From the NCBI RefSeq assembly GCF_009914755.1, contig NC_060931.1: DNA of 64,000 nucleotides. One strand, given 5' to 3'. Numbering within the stretch: the first letter of the stretch is position 1; each line of letters begins with the position of its first letter. This document shows, piece after piece, positions 1 through 12,799 of the stretch. The DNA is from the human T2T-CHM13v2.0 reference genome, Homo sapiens. The notes below the pieces were generated by a model. It did no database searches, was not told the DNA's origin, and saw only the letters and a program-made list of their open reading frames with translations. Made by a program: the position numbers and the translations under genes.

Positions 1-239
1 TTTGTTTGTTCATTTATTGCTCATTATCCACCTTCCCAAACCTGAATGTAAACTGTGATATTAAGTACATTGATTGCTTGTTCACAGTGGAGCCCCAGAA
101 CCTGGCTTAGATACCAACACGTAGGAACCACTGCTACTGTTACTGTTAATGACTCAATGAGCCACGTAGATAGACACGAGTAAAACACAAGCTTTGCCCA
201 AATAATTGCAGACATTGAGGTGAAGTAGGGATCATAGTG

Positions 240-560
240 GAGTAAAAAAATGGATAGGATTAGTTTGGGAAACATTTCTAGGAGTGAAATCTGAGAAGCC
301 TTCTGAAAGGCATAGAGAATGGAAGGTAGGAACTTGTTCCTTCTCTGTAGACCAGTTCAGGCAGAGGCCTTGAAGCGGAAATTGAGAAACTGGTTCTGAA
401 AAACAAGAAGCACAGTCTGGCTGGAACAGAGGGAACTTGGAGAGGAGAAGTCACAGATGAGAGTGGCCATAGGGTGGTGCTGGGTGAAGGAGAGTTTGAA
501 GGCAATGGTCAGAAGTTTATATTTGGTCCAGATGGTAATAGCAAGCCACCGGAGGGCCAT
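240..560 (-). mobile_element. L2 LINE fragment (degenerate)
   Basis: GAGTTTGAAGGCAATGGTCAGAAGTTTATATTTGGTCCAGATGGTAATAGCAAGCCACCGGAGGG resembles the reverse complement of the L2 3' region; boundaries approximate. Confidence 0.5.
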
Positions 561-1318
561 GTTTACACATTTTCAAAATCCAATTAGGATACCACATGTT
601 TTTGTGCTGTAATCACCCATTTTGGACCCATTAAATAAATTAGTTGAAAGAGAAAAACAAAGAAAAAAAATAAAACGATGTGTCATTTGATAGCATTAGG
701 AAATCATGGGATAAATGTATTAAATTGGAATGTTTGACCTGGAACGAAATTAATCCAAATATGGTCTTGATGACTGAGTCTCAAACTGAGCCAGGCCCAC
801 AGCTGATGTTTGAAAATATGAATGGTTAAAAAACAAACAAACAAACAAAAAGAAATGATGGTGGTTTGGGTGAGGAAAATAGGCATATCTTTCCCTTTGA
901 AGGGTTTGGACATTCACTTACTGAGGGCAGAAGCCTGGACCTGCTGATTTCTCATGCTCGATTCCAAGCTCTAGATTATGACAGTTCTATAAGAACACTG
1001 GTTGACACGCATGAGGAGGAAGCAGCTGTTTCAGTGGAATTCCCTCTGGAGAGGAAGGAAGTCCAGCCATCCAGATGAGATCAGGCAGAGGGAGGCGGAT
1101 AGAAGAACAAGCAGGCACTCAGAAGAGGGGAGCTGTACAAACCTGGGGTTTCGTGTGTACCTACTGTACATCCTTTCTTTAGCCTCAGCCACAAATTAGA
1201 ACATGCAGAAAAGATAGTAGAAGACAAAAGGGAAGTGAGAAGGTGGACACAGATGCTGCTTTATTGGGAGAAAGTAATAATCTTTGTCTCTTCTGCTAGT
1301 ATGATTTATTTCTTAGAG

Positions 1319-1485
1319 CCCCCACTATTCAAAGTGTGGTACCCCAACTGGGGTATCCCCCAACCTCTAGGGGAGCTTGTTAGAAATGCAGAAACTCAGA
1401 CCATACCCCAGACTTACTAAATAAGAATCTGATTTAACAATATTTCCCAAGTGTTTCATAAGTAACTAAAGTTTGAGAAGCACTG
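1319..1485 (+). mobile_element. MER5A1-like hAT-Charlie MITE
   Basis: CAAAGTGTGGT...GGGAGCTTGTTAGAAATGCAGAA...AAAGTTTGAGAAGCACTG; near-perfect 8-bp TSD TCTTAGAG (1311-1318) / TGTTAGAG (1486-1493). Confidence 0.85.
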
Positions 1486-1717
1486 TGTTAGAGTTTGGAG
1501 CAAACTAAATAAAATAAAACTCAAGGTGAGAAAAAGTTAGAGAATTATAATCCCACAGGACAGAAAACAGTGTAAATCATCCCACCTCCCTCCCAATGGA
1601 ACTGGATAGGTTATACAAATTACTACAGACCTACCCACATATATTCAACCATAGAAACTCTTGATTCACAGGTATACATTTTTGTATACAGATAGATGCC
1701 ACTGGGAATGCACTGGT

Positions 1718-2006
1718 GGGAAAATTCCTGCTGTTCCAACCCCGAATCAGCTTGTTTTTTTCTTTACACTGTGGCTTTAGAGCTACTGTCTTTTCCCTCA
1801 ATCACGCCCAGTTCCCTTCATCGGTGGTGTTTTACGTTCTTTCTCTGTTTCACTTCATATTCCACACTTGCATCTTTCTCGAGTGCAGCCCCAGCTAAAC
1901 CAATAACTGTGGAAGCCAAATGGAGACAGTTTGAACTGGAATCATTTGCCATTCAGCTGGAAAAATAATGATTCCCCAGTTTCTCAAGTGTGGAAATTTC
2001 CCGGAA
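1718..2006. promoter_or_regulatory. Putative inflammation-responsive element: NF-kB-like, IRF-like and overlapping NF-kB/GAS motifs
   Basis: GGGAAAATTCC 1718-1728; TTTCTCTGTTTCACTTC 1840-1856 (IRF/ISRE-like on the minus strand); GGAAATTTCC 1992-2001 overlapping perfect GAS TTCCCGGAA 1998-2006; motif matches only. Confidence 0.45.
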
Positions 2007-2171
2007 CCAGCCTTTTCCCAGGGCCTGTAGACCCTCCCTCATTAGTTCCGGTGAACTCTCCCTCCCCCTGTGTCTTTGCTTATACCCCTCAATAGTCTCC
2101 AGGCTTGATTAGCTCACGCTCGCCTGTGCTTCTTTTCCATCACAGCTCAAGCTCACTGCCTTTCTTTGCAG

Positions 2172-2231
2172 CATTTAACCTCTGTGAAGAGCCGTGAACT
2201 ATAATGGCTAAACGCAGTGGTTCAGTGTCTG
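2172..2231 (+). other. Candidate exon (could instead be the end of a first exon)
   Basis: Two strong tandem acceptors (TTCTTTTCCATCACAG ending 2145; CTGCCTTTCTTTGCAG ending 2171); donor TCTG|GTGGGT after 2231; ATG at 2204 with A at -3 and G at +4. Confidence 0.3.
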
Positions 2232-2437
2232 GTGGGTCTGAGTTTCAACCCAGCCTGCTCTGTGATCCTGGTCAAGCTACTCAGTCTCTAGGAACTGAAG
2301 TTTCTTAACCTGTAAAATAGGAACAATAATAGCAGCTGCATGGAAACTTGTCATGATCAAAGAGACTATGTTACCTAAAGCAGTCAGCACCATACTTGCA
2401 CATAGCAAGTGCTCAAAAAATGATCAATGGTAGCTAT
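2215..2437 (+). mobile_element. MIR SINE
   Basis: TGTGATCCTGGTCAAGCTAC...TTTCTTAACCTGTAAAATAGGAACAATAATAG core and CACATAGCAAGTGCTCAA 3' end. Confidence 0.8.
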
Positions 2438-2879
2438 CTGAGGCCTCCATGGTGAATTCATTAGGTAATCTTGGCTTATAAAAAACATTAGTGGATCCAA
2501 GTGCCTCATTTATATTGTGATTACTTCAATTCTCTCTAGACAGTGCTGCCCTAAGATTCATGGACATTTAGGTGAAGAGACTGCCACCCACACATTTAAT
2601 TACACTAATGTTTTATCCAGAGAAACTAAAAAAAAAAATTAAAATGAAGCAGAAGAATGCAAAAATCAGAAAATTATGGTGATAATGCTATGAGTGTATT
2701 TTTTGAATCTCAGAATCTATGATGAAAATTCTAAATGAAAAGCAAAATATTTTGACCTTGTTTAAATATTTCCACATTCAGAACTCTAGTAAATTTCTGT
2801 GTAAGTGAATTACATGGTTGCCAGCACAGCACCATCTGCAAGTCACCTTTAATAATCCAAGTGAGGAAACTCTGATTTA

Positions 2880-2900
2880 AATATATATATATATATATAT
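2880..2900. repeat. (TA)n microsatellite
   Basis: about 10 TA units. Confidence 0.9.
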
Positions 2901-3092
2901 GTATTTCATTAATTATATATGCATATACAATTTTTTAAATAAGAAGTCCACTTATGTGTTTGCAGAAAGTTTTGTCCCACACACTCTGCTGTGCTGGTTC
3001 AGAACAATGATAAATACAAATGGCATTTCACTTCAAACTGCGGAAATAATACATGATTTCTGTTCCTTTGGCTGACCAGTCATTTATCACAG

Positions 3093-3320
3093 GTCATTTA
3101 CATAGATCTGGATGGCTTGGTAAACTAATCACTGAGCTCTTTCATTTGGTACCGCGTTCTTCTTAGTACATCATGTAAAATTAGTTTGATGATTTCAGTT
3201 CCTTCTCTTGGGATCCATAACCCCATTCACAGACGAACAAAAAACAATTTGGCTGAACTCACCAGCCCAGGTCCAAAGAAGGGGACAGTTGTGTCTTGAT
3301 GTTGGAGTCATTGACAGCCA
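3093..3320 (+). other. Candidate exon, duplication copy 1
   Basis: Branch-like GCTGAC 3071-3076, TTTATCACAG|GTC acceptor, GCCA|GTGAGT donor. Confidence 0.4.
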
Positions 3321-3700
3321 GTGAGTCAGTTCTGACTCCTGAGGAGGAGCATTGGCTGAGGACATAGACGAAAATATAGTAACAAAAAAGTGGTGTCCGT
3401 GGGTTCGTTTGAATGTGCATAAGTGCGCAGGTGTCTGTGTGCGTGCATCTAAGTGTGTATTATCTATGCCTGTATATGCATTTTGTGGGTGTGTGCATGT
3501 GGCTGTAGTGAATGGGCTGATTTAGGAGGGCAAATATTGTGACACATTCCAAGAGGTTACCTCATAAAGTTTTGATCAGGACACATTTTAGTTGCTTTTC
3601 TTTCTTTCTTTCTTTTTTTTTTTTAAAGAAAAGAAACATTGACTTTTGATTTTTTTCACTAATATATTTCTCTCCCTAATCTCTCATGACAATATTTCAG

Positions 3701-3867
3701 GTCCAACATGCAGATAACTGGAGTAGATATTATATGAAATTAGTTCGATGATGTCAATTTTCAATTTGGGGAACCATAACCCAATTCAAAGATAAACCAA
3801 AACAATTGGACTGAACCCACAAACCTGGGTTCACACATAGGGATAATTTTGACTTAATTTGGTGACA
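3701..3867 (+). other. Candidate exon, duplication copy 2
   Basis: Branch-like CCTAAT 3675-3680, ATATTTCAG|GTC acceptor, GACA|GTGAGT donor, all at positions homologous to copy 1. Confidence 0.4.
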
Positions 3868-3949
3868 GTGAGTCTATTATGGCTTCTGAGAAGGAGGCTT
3901 TGGCTGGAGAAACAGATAATAAGATTCTTAAAATAGTGTGTCACACAAA

Positions 3950-4087
3950 GTACCAATGCTCATTTTCTTCTTTTGATATTGCGCTATAGTTACAGATGAT
4001 GAAACCACTGAGGTGGAGTGGGTGAGGGTATGTGAGACCTCTGCACTATCTTTGCAACTTCATGTGAATCTATTTCAAAATGTTTTA
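3950..4087 (+). mobile_element. L1MC/L1MD-type LINE-1 3' end fragment inserted in duplication copy 2
   Basis: GTACCAATG...TTTTGATATTG...CTATAGTTA...GGGTGAGGGTA...GACCTCTGCACTATCTTTGCAACTT...GTGAATCTATTTCAAAA matches old L1 3' termini. Confidence 0.75.
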
Positions 4088-5245
4088 CATGAGAATGTTG
4101 TATATATGCGTGTATGTGTGGCTGTGTGTGTCTGTGGTGAATGGACTGATTCAGTATGACAATCATTCCCATGAAACTTTCAGTGACTACTTCATAAAAG
4201 TTTGATCATGACAGGTATTAGTTACTTAAAAAAAGAAACCTCAAAGTTAGATATTTTTATTAATTTATTCACCACCTCCTCCTTCTCCAATTTCACACTG
4301 GATTTAAAAAGTGAGAAGGGGCCTATTATAATCAAATAGCACAATTTTCTTACTGGAAAGAACATGAGAAATATTGAGCAAGATCTAAGAAGGGTAAAAG
4401 ACTCGCAGTCCCTCGTGTTGAGTCCCAGCTGAGGACTTGGGGATGTGAGGGTCAGCCTGGAGCTGCGGATCACCAATGCTCTTTCTCAGAAGAGGTGTCA
4501 AATTCAACAATGAGCCAAGTCGTCAGTCTCAATTACTAAGGGGATGGTTTTTAAACAAGGAAAAGAAAACTTGGGAGCACAATGAAGCAACATAAGATCC
4601 CTAAGAAAAAATTTACTCCACTTCCCAAATTTCTCCCTTTTTGTTTGTTGTTATTAGATTTATTTTACCAATAGATTGAGGAATATGGCAAACATAATTC
4701 ATGAGGGGCCTGACATAGCATTTACAGTATCTAGATGAATAGGCTGGGGAAATTGAGAATGATCAAATAAAAGCATGCAGCATATGGATGACACATGGCT
4801 GGCATACCCTGGAAAACCATTCATGTTCCAATAAATTACCTGAGAATTATGATCTTTTTAAAACATAAAGAAAAGTATGATTGCAGGCAGAACTTTTGAA
4901 TTAGAGATGAGATATAATTATAGGCAGGAGATAATTGGTGTGAATCACTGACAAAGAGGTAACTTTCCCTCTCCATGGTCCAGTGGTCATAGGAAGAGTC
5001 AGAACTGAAAAGAGGAATGGTGGAGCAGAAGCAGAGATTGAAGAAGAGGCTTCATTTTAGGAAATAGATGGAGTAATTCACAGTAGAGTGAATGGGGACA
5101 CTTGGTATTTACTTTTCATTGGTTAGTTGACGGTGGTGATGATGATGATAATATATATATGTGTGTTATTTGTACACATGTTAACTTTAAGCAATTAATT
5201 GGGTGAAATAAATTAGAACAGGCTGTTGCTTTAAGTGGTCATGAG

Positions 5246-5440
5246 CAGAGGTTTTCAAATTTGGTGGATCATTACCTGCCGTCATATTTTTAAAATGTAG
5301 GATTCCCAGGCCCTACTCCAGACTCTGTACACCAGAATCTTTGAAAGTAGAGCCCTAAATTCTAATCTTTGAAAGTATAGCCCTACATTCTGTATTTTTA
5401 AGGGCTTCCCAGATGATTCTTCATATTACCTTGGCTTGTA
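5246..5440 (+). mobile_element. MER5-family hAT-Charlie element with internal 28-bp tandem duplication
   Basis: GATTCCCAGGCCCTACTCCAGAC...TGTATTTTTAAGGGCTTCCCAGATGATTCT; 28-mer repeated at 5336-5363 and 5364-5391 with 2 mismatches. Confidence 0.7.
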
Positions 5441-7345
5441 GAATGAGGTAGAAATGAATCAATGTTTCAGTTTTCTACCCTTCAAATGGTAACGGGCATC
5501 AGGCTATTTGTAGTCAACTGCATTGAGGTAATGAAACTTTCTATAGGAGGTTCTGGTAGAGCCCTTCAGACAATGAGCAGACCCAGTGTGGACTCTTCCT
5601 ACAGTGTGGGCAAGCACATCTGAGTGATTTTATTTCTAGATTTGTCTGTTTTAACTCAATAGACCATTAACATATATCCCCCAAATATTTTTCTTACTTC
5701 CTTCCTTCAGTGCCAAGCGTTCACCACACAAAATGCCTGAATTGAGTGTTGCATGTATGTGTGTGTGGAAGTAGGAGTGAGGGGTGTGCTGGGAAGGACA
5801 AGCTCAGGAAAGACCCTATCTGCATGGTTACTGCATTCAGCGAGAACAGTGAACCACAAATGATTTTGAAGGACTGATGTTTCAGGGAGGCCCAGCAGCC
5901 TAGAAGGACTTGTATCTTTTCATAGGACAAAATGTTCCCATGTTCTAACCATCAGAAAGGTGTACCTTGGGAAAGGTGGTTTGCTATCCAAAGGCTTTGT
6001 AAGGGGGCATTTTTCACATTAAAGTCACTTACAATTTAAGTTTTGCTCTTTAGCTTTCTTAGCTCTTCACGGGAATACACTTTGGAAATGTATTATTTAT
6101 TTTTATTTTTACGTTTGGTAAGTGCATTCAAGGTGGATGTTTACTGGCTAATCTTAGAGACAGATGCATGAATAAAACAATGCATGCATAAATAAAATAG
6201 AAATGTATTATTTTGTATTGAAAAATGGAGCAGCCCATAAGATAGCACATTACATCCAGGAGGGACTTGCCAAGCCAGAACCCATAGATTCCTGTTTCCC
6301 TGACTCTCTTGATTTTAATTCATACTTTTTTCTCTTATTTTTCTTTAAACTCAAATTTGCTACCCCGCCCTCCACTAATTACAACAACGTGGTGGAAAAT
6401 CTAAGCAACATATATTAGTAAAAAGAAAGAAAACATGAAGAAGAAAATAATGATCTTTTGCAATCCCAGCACCCAGCAATAACTGTGGTTAACATCATCC
6501 AGGTATTTTAATATGTATACTTACATGTATAAGCCAGATGTCAACTGGGTCTCTCTGCTCCTCATTGTCTAGATAAGATGCCTTGGTCCCTCATTTCATT
6601 GTTCTCCTCCAGATTTTGGCAACTTCCCAGGATCTCCCATTCTAATGCTCACCTGTGACTCTGGCTTCCTGCGTCTTGTGAATTCTGTTCTCCACTCCTC
6701 AGCCTACAGCTGTTCCTTAATTTTGCTTTGGCCATAGACCCAAAAGTGGAAATCAGGTTCTTTCCTTGATTCAATAGTAACTACAAATCAACCATACAAG
6801 GAGTTTTTGGATTCACAGCTGACTTAACTCAGCATTTCAGGATGTGAAGATCATTACGCTTGAATGTTTGACATCCTTTTCCTTAGAATCCTTTGGTCTT
6901 TGAGCCACGTTACTCAGCCATGCGCTTGCTCTGCTCTTACCATTCTCTTTTTGCTTTCTTCCTCTCATAAGCAGAAATCATGTTCTTCAACCTTTTTTTT
7001 TCTTGCAAAGCAATACAGACGTCTAAAGACCTTGTCTACAAACTTCAGGAATTCCCTTTCTATATACAAAGTCTCCCCTAAAACTTTGACATTCTCATTA
7101 TCAAAGGGGCCTGGGTTATTGGAAAAGCCCATTCACGTCTCCATATGAGCATGAAGTTTCTACTGAGCCATAAAGATGCGATACATGGGAAAGACAAAGG
7201 GGGTTGAAAACAAGGCCACATGGCAGACCCTTCTAGTGAGATATTTAAAAATCAGTTTCACACTTGTCAGTCCCCTTCTTCACATCAAGGATATCAAAGA
7301 AACAAGGCTGGAGATTAGGAAAGGTTTTAGAAAGATTTCACTGGA

Positions 7346-7650
<305 letters not shown>

Positions 7651-8702
7651 TCACTGGAGAGAACAGTGAGAGGCCTGTAAGAATCCCCATCCTAACCAGA
7701 AAGAGATGGGAGTAGGATGCTTTCCATTTCACATCAAGTCAGAAGAGAGAAGCCTGAGAGCCACCCAGAATTGCATTAATTTGATGGAATTGTGTTGTCA
7801 GCTGGGGAGTTGCAGGAGACTGATGCATGACTTCTGCTTGGGAAAACTTAAAAGCCACAATGGGCTAGATGGGCCAGTGTACTCTGCCTGCCCTCAGGTC
7901 AAAGGAAGGCAGCCCTAAGGAACAGCTGTGGCCCCTGGTCAAGGATGGCTGACCAGATCATCTTTGGTCCAGCTCAAGAGGACTTTCTGGAGGGGCCTGG
8001 GGACAGACAGACACAGTCTCTGCCTATGGACCGCTGCAAGGGGAATGGTTAATTGGAGAGAATGCATGACCAAGTCATAGGAAATGCAATCAAATGAGTC
8101 CAGTGCAGGGGAGGAGGCTCCAGAAAGGCCACCAAAGGGGCTACCAGAGAAGGTGAGCTTTAATCTCCAGCCAGCCTGAGATCATGGTGCCTCTCACTGC
8201 AGACTGGTCAAGTGGCTTTCCTGCTTCTCACTTCTCTCTTTCCTCACTGGAAGTCAGACTTAGCAAAATGGAGGGAAAGGTGAGGAAGCATGGCAGGGAA
8301 TGAGAAACGGATAGCCACCAGCTCTTTTGAACTTCACCTGCAGAAGATTCAAGTCAGATAAAGAGATTTATCCTAAAACCAAGTCCTTTATTTTGACAAT
8401 TACACAGCACTGGATATTTTACTGAGTTGCGACTGTGTTTGTCTTTCAGAGATTGATAGTATTTAATTGCCTAAGAATGATTTAAAAAAAACAAAACAAA
8501 GCATGGGACTCCGTAAGTTTCAATCAAGGTGTCTATTCTCTCCCTACCTAAAAGTGTCTGAAGAAACTATGGAGGATAGAAATGCAGATGCTGACTAATT
8601 GATTGCTCGGTACTGCATTAACTATTCTGCAATATTATTTTTCAATTGTTGACAATTGCAAATAATTGTTAACAATGATTAATAATTCTTTATCCAATAT
8701 AA

Positions 8703-9057
<355 letters not shown>

Positions 9058-12000
9058 TAATACATTGTTAAGTATTTCTTTAGGACAACTGTGAAGTTGT
9101 TGGATCCAGGTGTATATTAATAATTAAAATGTTAGCTATGAATTGCCAGATGCACACCGATTTACATGTCATCCACATAAGTACTTGTCATAAATATGTT
9201 AAGACCTTCAGTTCTCCTTCCTTTAAGTGACTTGGCTCTCCTGACCCTGATCCTTGTGGATTGATTTATAATGTAACTCTTAAAGGACAACATTATTTGC
9301 CAGTTCTTGAGGTGGTGATCACATTCATAAACACACATGCATTTTGGAAATCCAACCTGTTCATATATTAGCAGCTGCCGTCATGTTGTTTTTATGGTCT
9401 TTATTATTACAAGATTGGTCTGAAAATTCACCATTATTTGTATACTTTGGATAAATTACCATACTTGGGTTGGGAAAACAAATTTATTGAATCAAATTTT
9501 CCAACTCTATGTTCTTCTGAGAAAGATGCAGTTGCTTTCTGACCTCACAACCCCAGCTAAGGCTGTAATTCGGGTTGACTCGGCAAATACAGCTTCTGCC
9601 TGATGGGGGTGTTATCTGTAAAATCTCTGGTCTTGGAAGGTGGAAGAAACAGAACTTCAAGAATTTTCTTGGGCTTTCATGACAGGAAAAACAAATTTTT
9701 AAAAAAGTCTTAAGAAATATTTCAAAACAGGATTTTAATAAGCAGTAATCCCCTCTGTCTATATTTGGATATGAGGTACCTCCCCATGAAATGTAATTCC
9801 TAGCTGGCTGTCACTTGTCATTTTTCCTGTGTTCAATATTCACCAACATAAAGGTCCTATTTTGCCAACTCCCAGCACTTAATTTTCCTTCTCACTCATT
9901 TTATCATTTTTCCTAAAGTGAAAATAACACTCAATTGTCAAGGGGATTGAATGCATTGTAAATAACAAATGCTATCTTACTTTCTGGAACTTATCTCATG
10001 CTATGTTATGGTTTTACCAGGTCCCACAAAATATCAAATATATGAGCCTTAAAGGGGAAAAGTCTCCATACTAGTATATGAAAAAATTCCTAAATTCCAG
10101 AAGGGTGAATGAACAGATGGATACTTTTGGGACATGTGTGTGTGTCATTTTTGTTTTACATTTCCTTGGCTCTGCAAGAGAACGCATTTTCTACAAAGTA
10201 TGGTAGCTAAAGTGAGGGATCATATTAAACTAAACCTGGAAACAAGAAATGAGAAGTAAATAGTTTAGCAAAAATGCAGTTCCATATGTTAATTTTGAAA
10301 AGTTTCATTATTAAAACCACAGATTTAAAATAACAGGGCCACAGTCTAAGACACAAAAGATAAATAGTGATGACTGATGTAATAGAGAATATTTTTCTCA
10401 CTTGAAGGTATAGATGCCATTCTAACTCATTCATATATGTATTTTCAGATTTTCTTATTTAAGGAAATTCAATGTTTTAATAAACTGCCATAAAAGTAAT
10501 TATATATTGGTGCTCTCCCACACCCTGGGTAGTGATGTCTTCTATAGGAAGTAAAGAACTGAGCAGTTCTAGCAACGTGGAGGGCTGGACTATTGTAGAC
10601 CCATCTCTTCTCACAAATATACAAATTCTGGATAAGTCATAAGACCGTAACAGTTTATAAAACATATCTCAGGGGAAAAATGAATCAAAGGAATCCCCAG
10701 TTGCCAGAAATGAAGAATGAACCCCTGGACAGAGCAGAGCGAATGTAGCAGCAGCCTGATATGGTTGTGGGATAATTCACATTTAGATAGATGTCCTGCA
10801 ATTTAGGGGCCAAAGTATGAATGCTCACAGATGGACAGGAGATGTGGCCTGTGGCCTCCGTGAGGCACAGTGCTTGAACTGAGGCTGGCATTGAATTACC
10901 CACTCCGTGAAGAGACCCTCACAGAAAAGCTGCCTTGACCAACATGGCAAAGTACAACAAGCTTGCACTATCCCAAATGTAGGGAAGAGTAGAAAAAGGC
11001 ACAAATAATCTCTTGAGAAACTGAAACTCTGGCCTGCCACAGGCAGAGGAGTGACAAGCAAAGTTATGGACTAGCTAGCACAGAATCTCAACTCAGAAAT
11101 CCACATGGAATCTGGTCTCAGATGAAATCCTTGGTACTTTGAAAAAACAAAACCACTAGGAATTCAGAGCTAAAAAGACTCACAGAGAAAACAGACATTT
11201 TCCTTATTATTTTTCCTTATATATGTTTTTTAAAGTGCCCTGTTGTTATACTTTATCCAACTGTTTTGTATGTTTGTAGTAGGAGGTGAATCTGTAATAG
11301 TTCAGTTCACATGATGCTAGAATCAGATAATGACTTACTTTCTATGCAAGAAATCATCATTCAGAAAAACTTTCAGTCTGAAAAATGTCAAGATGAGCTA
11401 GCAAGAAAAAACATGGGAAATAACAAGTAATTATTCATCATAATGGAGAGTCAACGATGGGAGTATTAATGCCCCCCACCCCCAAGAACTAGAGGTCATG
11501 GAATAATCTGAAAGAAAGTATAAAATAAGAATATCTAAAATTATTAGATATTAAAAGAACAGAGAACATGATGAAAGGCATGACACTGTGTGTAAAGAAC
11601 AATCTAATTAACCAAAAGGTAGGCCCCAAAATACATAGAGTGTCTTTCCACAGAGAAAGCAATTTAAAACTTAAAGGATAAACTCAATGATGCATTAAAC
11701 ATAGTAGGAGAGAGACTCAATAAACACAGATATAAAATCTGGGAAATAACCTAGAATGCAGCATGGAGTGATACATAAATTGAAATATGAAAGAGAAGTA
11801 AAGAAATATGAAGAATAGTCTTAGGCAGCCTAAAATATATCAAATTAAAATTCCAGAAAGAAAATAATAGAGTGAAAAGAAAGAGCCAATATTCAAAAAG
11901 ATAATGGCAGAGAATTTTTTGGAATTGATTAAAGTAATCAGTTCTGAGATGTAGAAAGCTCAATGAATCCTAGGCAGAATGGATTAAACAAAATACTCAC

Positions 12001-12799
12001 CTAGATACCTTGTATGTGAACAATGGACTGCCAAAGACAGGCAGAAGGTCTTAAGAGCAGCTAGAACAAAAAGGGGTATTCTAAATAAAAAATAAAATAA
12101 TAATCTTGTCATCACCAAAATAGAGACCTGAAGACAATAGAATATTATCTTCAAAGTACTTACTAACTTTATATTGAAAACAACTGTCAGTCTAGGATTC
12201 TGGGGTAGCTAAACTTCTACTCAGGAGAGAAAGCAAAAGAAAAACATTTTCAGATAAACAATGAATGGGAGTTTCTTCTTTAAAGATGCTTACTGAAGAA
12301 ACATCTTAAGAGTGTAATTAAATTAGATGAGAATTAACCCTGGAATGAGGAATAGAATGCAAAGATTGATGGTGAGTAGAGGATTATTAAAATGTTGGAT
12401 ACATTTCTTCAAAAGCATTGACTTAAAAATATTAAAACCAAGTATTTGAGAAGAGAATTAAAATCCAGGTGGAACTAGAATGCTAGAAAAGAGCACAATG
12501 GAAGATAAGAAACACTCCATAGAACTAATATATTTTGAATTCTTTAAAATGTTTAGGGCAAGAGTATAAATATTGATTTACTGTGCTAAATATGCATTAT
12601 AATTTTAAGATAAGCATGTAAAAATAGGAATAGAATATACTTTCCCAATAGGTGAAGGAAAGAAAGTATAAAAAAAATAAGAGCAGGATAAAGAGAAGAC
12701 ACAAATTAGTTAATATCAGTATTTGTCATAAATATAAATATAAACTTATCAATTAATATAGCTTCTCAGATTGAATATTATTTTAACAATCCAAACATC

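Larger units (their letters stand above)
3070..4295 (+). repeat. Ancient ~600-bp tandem duplication (copy 1 ~3070-3670, copy 2 ~3675-4295)
   Basis: Colinear blocks AAATTAGTT(T/C)GATGAT, CCATAACCC(C/A)ATTCA, AAAACAATT, CTGAAC, CAGTGAGTC, GTGAATGG(G/A)CTGATT, TCATAAA...TTTGATCA occur in both copies; roughly 70-75% identity by eye. Confidence 0.85.

Noticed and set aside
1700-4300. Possibility that this is a known NF-kB-induced miRNA host (miR-146a, miR-155, miR-147b, miR-21)
   Set aside because: I could not find these mature miRNA sequences by eye in the window; no gene symbol assigned
7700-8530. Possible very old LTR-like relic (also a Charlie-like stretch at ~25450-25600)
   Set aside because: Too degenerate to assign a family or boundaries without a profile search
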